Source: an uncultured Coxiellaceae bacterium
GTDB taxonomy: Bacteria; Myxococcota_A; Polyangia; Polyangiales; Houyiibacteriaceae
NCBI GenBank assembly: GCA_964194675.1
Contig: CAXMND010000179.1
Coordinates: forward strand, 192-64,191
Direction of reading: 5' to 3'
Length of the DNA: 64,000 bases
The notes under the pieces are model-generated. The model was not told the origin of the DNA and ran no database searches. It worked only from the letters and a program-made list of their open reading frames with translations. This document shows positions 10,617-19,402 of the stretch, piece after piece (position 1 is the stretch's first letter; each line of letters opens with the position of its first letter). Made by a program: the position numbers and the translations under genes.

Positions 10617-11428
10617 TGAAGCTCTTTCGAGGCAACTTGATGCGTGCGACCCGGCCCCCGCTGCCGGAGGAGATCAAGACCCACCCGATCCACGTGCAGA
10701 TCCGAGACCTTCACAAGTCGTATGGCGACCACCACGTGCTCCGGGGCGTGTCGCTGGACATCTATCGCGGCAAGACCAATCTCGTCATCGGTCCGTCGGG
10801 TTCTGGCAAAAGTGTGCTCATGCGCCAGTTGATTCGGCTCGAAAAACCGGACTCCGGGCAGCTGTGGGTGAACGGCATCGACTTCGCCCGTCTCGGAGGC
10901 CTCGATCTCGCAGCGAAACGCCGCACTTTCGGCATGGTGTTTCAGATGTCGGCACTGTTCGACTCGATGACCGTGTTCGACAACGTCGCGTTTCCCCTCC
11001 GCGAGCACACCGATCTCTCGCGCAAAGAGGTCCGGGACCGCGTTATGGACCGCCTAGCAGCCCTCCGTATCGCCGAGGCCGTCCACAAGATGCCCGCCGA
11101 GCTCTCCGGCGGCATGCAGAAGCGTGTCGCGGTGGCGCGCGCGATGATCCTCGAGAGCGAAATCCTCATCTACGACGAGCCGACCACCGGCCTCGATCCC
11201 ATCACCACCGAGATGGTCGACGACCTGATCACCGAGGCGGAGGAGATGTTTGGTGTGACCTCGATCGTGATCAGCCACGATATGGCCTCCGTCGTCCGGA
11301 TCGCTGACTACCTGAGCTTTCTGCACGAAGGGCAGATCGGCGCGAGCGGAACCCGCGAAGAGCTCCTGCACAGCGACCACCCCGCAACCGCCGAGTTCGT
11401 TCGCGCCTCCCGCGTTAGCCTAGACTAA
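10613..11428 (+). CDS. mlaF: MlaF-family ABC transporter ATP-binding protein
   Basis: It has Walker A 'GPSGSGKS', ABC signature 'LSGGMQKRVAVARA' and Walker B 'ILIYDEP'. Its start overlaps mlaE by 4 nt. Confidence 0.88.
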   Translation: MMKLFRGNLMRATRPPLPEEIKTHPIHVQIRDLHKSYGDHHVLRGVSLDIYRGKTNLVIGPSGSGKSVLMRQLIRLEKPDSGQLWVNGIDFARLGGLDLAAKRRTFGMVFQMSALFDSMTVFDNVAFPLREHTDLSRKEVRDRVMDRLAALRIAEAVHKMPAELSGGMQKRVAVARAMILESEILIYDEPTTGLDPITTEMVDDLITEAEEMFGVTSIVISHDMASVVRIADYLSFLHEGQIGASGTREELLHSDHPATAEFVRASRVSLD

Positions 11429-11476
11429 AAGCGGGACAGCGGACACATCGGGAGCTGCTATAGTCCGCGCCGCCAA

Positions 11477-12460
11477 ATGAGAAATCGGTCTGATGTCTTT
11501 CGCCTGTTGGTCCGCCTGACGGGCCCCGCGTTGTTGGTGGCTGTCATTTGGACGCTCGACGACAAACCTGCACTGTGGGCTGCAGTCAGGAACGCGAGTT
11601 GGCCGCTCCTCGGGACGGCGGTGATCCTCATCCTGCCGGTCATTCATCTGAAGGTGGTCCGGTGGCGTGGGCTTCTTGCGGCCCGGGGCTTTCCCTATCC
11701 GATGGGCCGTACGTACGCCGCCGTGTTGTCTTCGCTGTACCTAGGGATGTTGACCCCGGGGCGTGTGGGCGACGCGCTGCGGATTCAGTACGTCCATCAG
11801 GACATCGATGCGCCGTACAGCGAGGGCTTGGCCGCCACGTTGATGGATCGGTTCTGCGATCTGTACGTCGTCGCGGGAGTTGCGGCTCTCGGCATCGCCC
11901 ACTTCGGGTCCGCGCTCCGCAACGATCTGGCATATGCGATTTGGGTCGCGGTGGCGATAGCGCTCGTGGCGCCGGCGTTGTTGCTCGCCAAGAGTCCCGC
12001 AGAGCTTTTCGGTCGTCTCCTTCGCCGGTTCACCGAGCGCTGGCACGCCAGCCTCGAGGGTCTGCTCAAGGCCTTACGTTCTCTCGTCAAGAAGAGCCTC
12101 GTTGTCGCGATCCCCCTCACGATCGCCGCGTTCGCAATCAACTACGTGCAAGGCTGGCTGGTGGCACGCGCGATCGGCGTAGAGCTCAGTTACGTCGATG
12201 TGGCGAGCCTGCTCGCAGCGATCAGTTTGCTCGGCTTGATGCCAATCTCGATTTCAGGGATCGGCGTACGTGAGTTGTTCCTCTCCCTGGTGTTTCCGGC
12301 GTTGGGCTTCTCCCCAGCGCAAGGGGTTGCGTTCGGTCTTCTCGTGTTTCTGTGCGTCAACCTCTCCACCGTGCTCGTCGGATTCGTCGCTTGGCAGGCA
12401 GCTCCCCCCCCTTTCGATGTCCGCGACATGGGCCCTGGACAAAGTGGGGGTTTGCCATGA
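11477..12460 (+). CDS. Flippase-like / lysyl-phosphatidylglycerol-synthase-TM-region family membrane protein
   Basis: The 327-aa polytopic protein has an N-terminal region ('LLGTAVILILPVIHLKVVRWRGLL...LGMLTPGRVGDALR') that resembles the UPF0104 / LPG_synthase_TM family. This is recalled from memory and needs HMM confirmation. Confidence 0.6.
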   Translation: MRNRSDVFRLLVRLTGPALLVAVIWTLDDKPALWAAVRNASWPLLGTAVILILPVIHLKVVRWRGLLAARGFPYPMGRTYAAVLSSLYLGMLTPGRVGDALRIQYVHQDIDAPYSEGLAATLMDRFCDLYVVAGVAALGIAHFGSALRNDLAYAIWVAVAIALVAPALLLAKSPAELFGRLLRRFTERWHASLEGLLKALRSLVKKSLVVAIPLTIAAFAINYVQGWLVARAIGVELSYVDVASLLAAISLLGLMPISISGIGVRELFLSLVFPALGFSPAQGVAFGLLVFLCVNLSTVLVGFVAWQAAPPPFDVRDMGPGQSGGLP

Positions 12461-14376
12461 ACGGCAGTGGCAACGCTACCCCTCGGGCACACGGGAGCGC
12501 ACAGCTCCTCGGCTGGTTGCTAGTCGGCATCGCCAATATCGTAGCGACGTGGCTGACGATCGATATGCCGGCCGCCGGGGTGGTCGTGCGCATGCGCCAG
12601 CACGCATACGACCTCGGGCACGCGCTTGCTCTTGGATTGCTCAGCTGGGCGGCGGTTGCCGCGTGGCAGCGTTGGGGGCCGCGCAAGCCGATCGCCAGCT
12701 ACCTGACGCTTTCGGTCCTCGCGATTTTCATTGGGCAGTGGGTGCTGCGACCAGACGTTCGAAGCAGCGTGGGCATGTTGCGGCTAGAAAGCGGTTGGGC
12801 CCTCGCCACCTTCCTTGCGGCAGCACTCGCCGCCATGTGCGTCCCGATCAGTGCCTGGCTGGGACGAACATTCGTGCGTTATGTAGGCTACGCTCCGATC
12901 TGGCTCTTGGCCGCTTTGCTGGCGGTCGGGCATCAATTGATATTGAGCAATCTGTACTTGGGCATCCACGCCTACGCGACCTGGTGCGCGGCGATCCTCG
13001 GTGCAGCGGGTTTCCAGCCTCTGGCGGCGAGACTCGAACGGCGCCTCGCGCACCGCTCACCATGGGTGCGGAAGCTGACCTTGGCCTTGTTGGCCGCGGC
13101 GGCTGCGGCATCGTTATGGGTTCGCGCCCCATCCGACGTGGGCATACAAATGGTGCAGCTGCCGGGTTCGGTGGTGGCGCAGTGGGGTACCGTGACGCTA
13201 CGAAGCTTGGCGCCTACCACGACCAAGGAAGCCACGAGGACGCCCACGCCGCCCACGCCGCCCACGCCGCGAGACGAGGTGACATGGCTGCCCGACAGGC
13301 CGATCGTGGTGTTGCTCGTGGTCGACGCTCTGCGGGCAAACGTCTTGGACCATCACGCGTCACAGCTTCCCGCGATCACCAAGCTTCGCAAGGAGGGCGT
13401 GTACTTCTCTCATACGTGGTCTGCTGCTCCCGACACCAACGCGTCGGTGACTAGCCTGTTCTCGGGCCGCTATTCCTCCCAAATGTTGTGGACTCCGAAG
13501 CAAGCTGGGCGCATCAAGCCATTTCCGCACAAGGACCCAACCCCGCGGGTGCCCGAGCTGCTAGCCAAAAACGCCGTGCAGAGCGGCGTCTCCGGGCACC
13601 TTCAAGGCCTGCGTCCCCCGTTTGGTCTCACCAAGGGGTTTGGGTCTGTCTTCCACTCGAAACGTCCCGCCAAGCGGGTGGTCGAGGCCTGGGCGCGATG
13701 GCTTGCAGGCCGCCGCGAGGAGTCCTCCTTGACGTACATCCATTTCATCGAAGCGCACAGCCCCTACGAGGCCGCGGGCACGGAGGGGAGCGAATACGAT
13801 TGCTATGTGCGGGAACTCGCGCTGGTCGACGACGCCATTGCTGAAGTTCGAAAGCATTTGCGCGAAGCTCGCCTCGATGAGCGAGCCATCTTAGTCGTCA
13901 CTGCCGACCATGGCGAGGCCTTCGGCGAGCACAACAGCCGCTTTCACGGCAGTAGCGTGTACGAAGAGCAGGTGCGCGTGCCGCTCATCGTCGCTCACCC
14001 TGCTCTGAAACCACGCATCGTCACGGCGCAGGTGTCACTGATCGATATGGCGCCAACGCTGCTCGACGTCTTCGACATCGCCGCGCCGGCCCAGTACATG
14101 GGCATCAGCCTGCTTTCTGCGCTCCAAGGCGGCCCAATACGCCGCGTCGAACCGATTTTCCTAGACTCCCAGAAGCGTTTCGTGGGCATGGTGTTCGACG
14201 ACGAGACCAAGCTGGTCATGCATGAGTCCGGTACCGTAGCGCTGTACGATCTGCGGCGCGACCCACTAGAGAAGGACAACGTGATCGATCGGCATCCACA
14301 GGCAATTGCCCACCGGGAGGCCTTTGATCACTTTGTATCGAGCAACGGTCTGAGGCTCTTCACCGTGAAGCAGTAG
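12457..14376 (+). CDS. Membrane-anchored alkaline-phosphatase-superfamily (sulfatase-fold) transferase/hydrolase
   Basis: I trimmed the start to the ATG at 12457, which forms an ATGA overlap with the upstream stop. About 6 TM helices are followed by a Thr/Pro linker and a sulfatase-fold domain ('VVLLVVDALRANV', 'VVTADHGEAFGEHN'). This LtaS/EptA-like architecture has T-N-A-S-V where C/S-x-P-x-R would align by eye. Confidence 0.72.
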   Translation: MNGSGNATPRAHGSAQLLGWLLVGIANIVATWLTIDMPAAGVVVRMRQHAYDLGHALALGLLSWAAVAAWQRWGPRKPIASYLTLSVLAIFIGQWVLRPDVRSSVGMLRLESGWALATFLAAALAAMCVPISAWLGRTFVRYVGYAPIWLLAALLAVGHQLILSNLYLGIHAYATWCAAILGAAGFQPLAARLERRLAHRSPWVRKLTLALLAAAAAASLWVRAPSDVGIQMVQLPGSVVAQWGTVTLRSLAPTTTKEATRTPTPPTPPTPRDEVTWLPDRPIVVLLVVDALRANVLDHHASQLPAITKLRKEGVYFSHTWSAAPDTNASVTSLFSGRYSSQMLWTPKQAGRIKPFPHKDPTPRVPELLAKNAVQSGVSGHLQGLRPPFGLTKGFGSVFHSKRPAKRVVEAWARWLAGRREESSLTYIHFIEAHSPYEAAGTEGSEYDCYVRELALVDDAIAEVRKHLREARLDERAILVVTADHGEAFGEHNSRFHGSSVYEEQVRVPLIVAHPALKPRIVTAQVSLIDMAPTLLDVFDIAAPAQYMGISLLSALQGGPIRRVEPIFLDSQKRFVGMVFDDETKLVMHESGTVALYDLRRDPLEKDNVIDRHPQAIAHREAFDHFVSSNGLRLFTVKQ

Positions 14377-14414
14377 ATGACGGAGCGAGGGTTCTGTTCT
14401 GGCACGCGGGCGCC

Positions 14415-15911
14415 TTAGTCGATGTAGCCCAGCGCGCGCAGTTGTTTGATCATCGTAGCCTCATCCGGTTGAGGTCCTTTGGGAGCCTTCTTGCGGGGGT
14501 CCACGTGTGCGTCGATCAGAATCTTCCGGTAGCGATCGAGGTGTTCGACGAGCTCATGCTGCCTGGCGTCTTCGGGGTCGAAGATATTGCGCGTCTCCTT
14601 CGGGTCTGCCAGGAGGTCGAACGCCTCGTATAGGAATTTGCCGGCGCCGTCGTAGCGGTACTTGACCACCAGGTCGTTCGCGCGAGCCGACACCCAAACT
14701 GCATCAGGATCGTAGCGCGGGTGAAACCTGAGGAGATGTGGCTGCTTCATCCACCAACGCTTCCTCGTGGGCGGCCAGAGGCCCGTGTGGCTAAACACGA
14801 TCTTTTGAGGTGGTTGCGCATCTTCGGTGAGGCTCGCCGCCAGGTTGGTCCCGAACGTCGCCTGCCCCTCCTTGATGGGCACCTTGGCTAGAGCCGCCAG
14901 CGTGGGGAAGACATCCGCGCTGCTCGAGACCCCAGTATAGCGTCCGGGCTTGATCTGGGGCCCTTTCACGATGAATGGCACGTTGATGACATCGGGCGCC
15001 AAATCAAAGCTGTGTGACCATTTGAAAAGCGAGTTCTCCCGGTAGAGCGTCTCGCCGTGATCGGCCGTGAACGCGATCAGGCTCTCCTCGGCGAGGCCGT
15101 GGTCATCGATCGCCTGGACGAGGCCGCCGAACACGGCGTCCGTGTAGGAGACACGGCTCTTGTAGATCAGCTCCACCGCATCGACGAGCTCCTGCAGACG
15201 CTCACCCTTCAGATCATACTTTTCGATGGCGGACGGGAAGTTGTAGGTCAATCGACGCGAGTCTTCGTAGAGGGGGCCCGCCCTCTCGAGATCGATCCCC
15301 TCGCATTGGCCCGGATAGTCTTCACAGAACTCATCGAGTGAGTCCCGTGAATAGGGGGTGTGGGTCAGACTGTAGAACGAGATGATGAACGCCTTGTAGG
15401 ACGGATCGTCTTCGAGTCGCTCGAGCACCGCCTCGAACTTGGGATCGTTGTCCTTGAGCTCGCGGCGTCCGAAGGCCTGTTTTCGTGGGACGCCCTGACC
15501 GTAGTTCAGTTTCACACTGGCCATGCTCTGGCGCTCCCAGAAGAAGGTGTCGTATCCCGCTTCCGCAAACGCTTCGGGGAGCGTCTGAATCGCGTCGGTG
15601 AGGCGCGTCGGATGGGAGTAGACCAGATGGCGCATCGCGTGTTCACCGGACAGGATCGATGCGAAAGCAACGCCGCTTTGACCGGCTTCCGTGACGTGCC
15701 GCTCGAAGACAACCCCCTGCTCGGCAAAGCGTTTCAGGTTGGGGGTGAATTCGACGCTTTTGTCGTGGGGCTCCAGCATGTCTTTGCCCAAAGTGCAAAA
15801 GACGTTGAGCATGACCAACCGAGGTTGCGGCGCCCTGGTGACGGGCGGCGGCTTGCAGCACGCGACCTGCAGGGACAGCGCCCAGATGCAGATCGCGAGC
15901 TTCCCAACCAC
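14415..15911 (-). CDS. Sulfatase-fold (alkaline phosphatase superfamily) putative lipoprotein with divergent active-site region
   Basis: The signal peptide ends in a lipobox-like 'LQVAC'. It contains 'TPNLKRFAEQGVVFERH' and 'FTADHGETLY'. Where C/S-x-P-x-R would align by eye the sequence reads S-G-V-A-F, and the N-terminal metal-binding Asp pair is not evident ('LNVFCTLGKD'). Confidence 0.68.
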   Translation of the reverse strand: MVGKLAICIWALSLQVACCKPPPVTRAPQPRLVMLNVFCTLGKDMLEPHDKSVEFTPNLKRFAEQGVVFERHVTEAGQSGVAFASILSGEHAMRHLVYSHPTRLTDAIQTLPEAFAEAGYDTFFWERQSMASVKLNYGQGVPRKQAFGRRELKDNDPKFEAVLERLEDDPSYKAFIISFYSLTHTPYSRDSLDEFCEDYPGQCEGIDLERAGPLYEDSRRLTYNFPSAIEKYDLKGERLQELVDAVELIYKSRVSYTDAVFGGLVQAIDDHGLAEESLIAFTADHGETLYRENSLFKWSHSFDLAPDVINVPFIVKGPQIKPGRYTGVSSSADVFPTLAALAKVPIKEGQATFGTNLAASLTEDAQPPQKIVFSHTGLWPPTRKRWWMKQPHLLRFHPRYDPDAVWVSARANDLVVKYRYDGAGKFLYEAFDLLADPKETRNIFDPEDARQHELVEHLDRYRKILIDAHVDPRKKAPKGPQPDEATMIKQLRALGYID

Positions 15912-16012
15912 CGCCGACCTATATGGCGAGTTGACGTGGGTCGCAACGCGTCGAAGATCGCCACTCCTGCTAGGCCGACGGCGCGTCCCGTGATAGACGC
16001 TTACTGACCCCC

Positions 16013-16960
16013 ATGAAAATCAGCGTCATCGTTCCCGTATTCAACGAAGAAGAGAGCATTCCTGATCTGTATGGCGAGCTCAAGGATGTGATCGATCGTG
16101 AACCGTGGGACGCTGAAATCATCATGGTCGATGACGGAAGCATCGATCAAAGCGTCAAGCTGATTTCGAAGATCGCCGACGATGACCCGCGCGTAAGGCT
16201 CATCCGGTTCGCACGCAACTTCGGACAGACAGCAGCGATTTTGGCGGGCATCGACCATGCCGAAGGCGACGTGCTCGTCCCGATGGACGCCGACCTTCAG
16301 AACGACCCAAACGACATTCCTCGTCTCGTCGACCGCATCGAGCAGGGATACGACGTGGTCAGCGGATGGCGAAAGAACAGAAAGGACCGGCTGTGGACGC
16401 GCAAGGTCCCGTCGATGCTCGCCAACAAGCTGATCAGTCGCTGGACGGGCGTCGCGCTTCATGACTACGGATGCACTCTCAAAGCGTATCGCGCAAGCGC
16501 GTTGAAGGGTCAGCAACTGTATGGCGAGATGCACCGCTTCATACCGATTTATGCGGTCGCGCGTGGCGGTAAGATCTGCGAGCTGGAAGTCAACCATCGA
16601 GCCCGGCAGTTCGGCACCAGCAAGTACGGGCTAGGACGCACCTTCAAGGTCTTGCTCGACCTGCTGACGGTAAAATTCTTGAGTGGGTACACGACCAAGC
16701 CAGCCTACCTGTTCGGGGGCATCGGGTTCGCGCTTCTCGGGGCCGGCGCTTTGTGTGCGATCGGAGCGATCGTCGAGTGGGTGATTTGGGATGTTTGGCA
16801 ACACAAGATGACGGTGATGATGTTAGCAACGTTTTTCGTCACAAACGGCGTGGTGCTGCTCTGCATGGGCCTCCTCGCCGAGCTGACTGTCCGCATCTAT
16901 CACGGCCAAGCGGGTCGCAAGACCTATGTCTTAGCCTCAGAGTTGCGACCCGACGACTAG
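16013..16960 (+). CDS. Family 2 glycosyltransferase, polyprenyl-phosphate sugar synthase type (GtrB/ArnC/DPM1-like)
   Basis: It contains 'ISVIVPVFNEEESI', 'VDDGSIDQS' and 'MDADLQNDP', plus two C-terminal TM helices. That is the typical architecture of undecaprenyl-phosphate glycosyltransferases. Confidence 0.85.
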   Translation: MKISVIVPVFNEEESIPDLYGELKDVIDREPWDAEIIMVDDGSIDQSVKLISKIADDDPRVRLIRFARNFGQTAAILAGIDHAEGDVLVPMDADLQNDPNDIPRLVDRIEQGYDVVSGWRKNRKDRLWTRKVPSMLANKLISRWTGVALHDYGCTLKAYRASALKGQQLYGEMHRFIPIYAVARGGKICELEVNHRARQFGTSKYGLGRTFKVLLDLLTVKFLSGYTTKPAYLFGGIGFALLGAGALCAIGAIVEWVIWDVWQHKMTVMMLATFFVTNGVVLLCMGLLAELTVRIYHGQAGRKTYVLASELRPDD

Positions 16961-16981
16961 ACCGCTTTGGAGTGTTACCGC

Positions 16982-18628
16982 CTACGGCGTTCTTTGTGGC
17001 TGCGCCATAGGAATCGGAATCTCTTTTACGGTTTTCTTCTCGAGGCTGTGAAGTCGATCGTCGTGGTGCACGATCACCTCACGCCGTAGCTCGATGCGTT
17101 CGACGGGTTCCTGCATGTCGTACAGCTCGCCCTGGGGCTGCACCCAAAGGTGAGTGGGCCGCCCGATCCACGAGAGCCACCGATGCGGGCGTCCGTACTC
17201 GTTCAGATTGCCGAAGTAGCGAATGAAGAAGTCTTCAAACAGTTTGCGTCGCTTGGGATTCCGACAGCGCCGGCCGCGCTGGACGAGCTTGAGCGCATCT
17301 TCGGGCTTCTCTAGTGCTTCGAGGCGGGTCATCACGCTGTGGCTTCCGGTAACGCCGTAGATGGCGGTCGCGCTGCGCTCGTCGGTCGCATAGCACAGTC
17401 GCCCTTGCACAAAATGCATTTCCATCGGCGTGATGAACGACGGTGAGACCAAGTACTCCTTTCCGCTTAGGCCAATGGCGTGGATCGTATAGTTCTCCAC
17501 CATCCGCGAGTCGTACCAAGCGACGCCGGTCTGCGGAAAATAGTACGTGCGCCCCCGTGAGAAGAACACGATGAGAATGCCGAACAAGACAACAAGCTTG
17601 TAGCGACACATCCGATCGTAGATGGGCGCACCGCCGCGGCTCGTGAAGACCAAGAAGGCGATGTTCGTGAATATCCACTTCCAGAAGCAGATCCCAGTGA
17701 GCACGAAGATCCCGAAGTTGAACAAGATCGCCAAAGCAAACCACACCTGTGCGAGGCGACGGTGGACGAAAAAGCATACGAGTGCGCCGAGCTCGAAGAC
17801 CGTGGTGAAAGCCGCGAGCGGTAGATCGGCCCGCCGCGCCACACGGTTGATTGCGAGGAAGGTTTCCTCAGGGAGAAAGCCCAGCCAGCCCCGTACGTAG
17901 CCTCCGACCGACAGGTTGGAGAGGTGATTTTCTAGTAGCCACGACCAGTCAGGGCCGTAGTACAGCTTTGCGACGCCAGCCGCGTAATAGTACGAGGCCC
18001 AGCAACCGATCCCCACCAGCAAGAAGTGTTCCGATTTGAAATTCTTGCTCGACGACGCCCAGACGAAAACCGAAAACACGACAAGAAACTCGTGCACCGA
18101 CCTAAAATCGAAATCGTCTGCCGGGATCGGGACGTACGACTCCTTGAGCATCACGTGGATCCACTTGACCGCGAAAGGAACCGCGAGCGGAAATCTCCAA
18201 CAAAGCGCCACGAGCCCAATCAGCAACAACCGATCGAGAAAGTGGCCGTGGTTGAGATAGATGTTGTAGTCGAACGTCGCGCCCGCCCACGCCAAGATGA
18301 TGAGCAGAGTCATCACCAAGTTGCGCAACGCCTTGCCATTCTCCCATTGGTCCCAGCGGATTCGGACGCGCGCCAAGAGAATTAACGCAGTCGGGATCAA
18401 CAAAAAAAGCAGCTGCGACCTTCGTCGCTGTGCGCCAGGAAACAAAGCGTTGAGTTCGCTCGTCAGCATTCCCCAGAGGATGTTTGGCCCTTCGTAGATC
18501 GCTGCGGGCGTCGCCTGTGTAAACATGGATCGCAGGAAAACGAGTAGCGCTAAGATCACACCGCAGTGCGCGATGAACTGAACGTCCTCTCGCTTCCACA
18601 CCCTCTTGGCGGCATCGATTCGGGACAT
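16982..18628 (-). CDS. Uncharacterised polytopic membrane protein (~10 TM) with a ~190-aa C-terminal soluble domain
   Basis: The 548-aa ORF has many hydrophobic helices and is rich in aromatic residues. I recognised no family motif. It lies 3 nt downstream of the methyltransferase gene, so it is probably co-transcribed with it. Confidence 0.6.
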   Translation of the reverse strand: MSRIDAAKRVWKREDVQFIAHCGVILALLVFLRSMFTQATPAAIYEGPNILWGMLTSELNALFPGAQRRRSQLLFLLIPTALILLARVRIRWDQWENGKALRNLVMTLLIILAWAGATFDYNIYLNHGHFLDRLLLIGLVALCWRFPLAVPFAVKWIHVMLKESYVPIPADDFDFRSVHEFLVVFSVFVWASSSKNFKSEHFLLVGIGCWASYYYAAGVAKLYYGPDWSWLLENHLSNLSVGGYVRGWLGFLPEETFLAINRVARRADLPLAAFTTVFELGALVCFFVHRRLAQVWFALAILFNFGIFVLTGICFWKWIFTNIAFLVFTSRGGAPIYDRMCRYKLVVLFGILIVFFSRGRTYYFPQTGVAWYDSRMVENYTIHAIGLSGKEYLVSPSFITPMEMHFVQGRLCYATDERSATAIYGVTGSHSVMTRLEALEKPEDALKLVQRGRRCRNPKRRKLFEDFFIRYFGNLNEYGRPHRWLSWIGRPTHLWVQPQGELYDMQEPVERIELRREVIVHHDDRLHSLEKKTVKEIPIPMAQPQRTP

Positions 18629-18631
18629 ACG

Positions 18632-19360
18632 CTAGTGAGGAATCCTCTTTGCGACATTCGCCAGTGCTTGCGTCGCCCATGTGGGCAGTTGGCGCACGAT
18701 GCTCTTTCGCACCTTGTACAGCAAAGGGGAAACGTCTCGAATTGGCGTATCCTTCGACAGTCGGGTCTGCCTTACCGACTCAGGAAGCAACCCGATCGCC
18801 TGCCGTCTCACATAGAGAAGGGTGTTGTACCGGTACCAGGGCGCAACATCATGACGAGACCCGATCTGGGGTCGAATGAAATCGAAGGCCTCGTAATCGA
18901 GCTCTTCGAAGCAGGCGCGCCAATAGGCGTAGGGCTGCTCATTGATGTGCTGTTCGCCGCCCTGTCCAGGAGGCGCAGCACCGAAAAGCACAATGTCGCC
19001 GTGCCGGCACAGGTCCGCTATGAAACCGCGAGCGCGTGACTCCGGCAGGTGTTCGGCAACCTCCAAACTCTCGACGAGGTCGAAGCGCCGTTGCAGACCA
19101 ATGGTGAGACCTAAGTCGCGCGCACGGAATTCGGATTCGTCGATTGCGAGGTTTGCGCGATCGACATAGTCTCCATCGACTCCGAGGACATCTGATACGC
19201 CAGTTGCCTTCCAAACCTCGAGCCAAGCACCCCGCCCACAGCCCAAATCGAGAACCGACGTCGGACGCAGCGTCTCTTGGAGAATCGGCACGATCACGCG
19301 TGCCGACTTCGTTGCGACTGAGCGCCCGTAACCGAGGAATTGGGAGTCGTATTCGTACAA
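18632..19360 (-). CDS. Class I SAM-dependent methyltransferase
   Basis: Motif I is 'VLDLGCGRGAW' and the post-I acidic residue is in 'LGVDGD'. The overall shape resembles O-antigen/glycan-cluster methyltransferases. Confidence 0.75.
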   Translation of the reverse strand: MYEYDSQFLGYGRSVATKSARVIVPILQETLRPTSVLDLGCGRGAWLEVWKATGVSDVLGVDGDYVDRANLAIDESEFRARDLGLTIGLQRRFDLVESLEVAEHLPESRARGFIADLCRHGDIVLFGAAPPGQGGEQHINEQPYAYWRACFEELDYEAFDFIRPQIGSRHDVAPWYRYNTLLYVRRQAIGLLPESVRQTRLSKDTPIRDVSPLLYKVRKSIVRQLPTWATQALANVAKRIPH

Positions 19361-19402
19361 GGCTGGCGGAGTCTATCAGCGTTTGGTGGAGGCGCGAATT
19401 CC

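Noticed and set aside
13243-13269. Triple 9-bp tandem repeat, CCCACGCCG x3
   Set aside because: It is in-frame coding for a (TPP/PTP) inter-domain linker in the TM-sulfatase-fold protein. This is ordinary low-complexity linker sequence, not a regulatory repeat.
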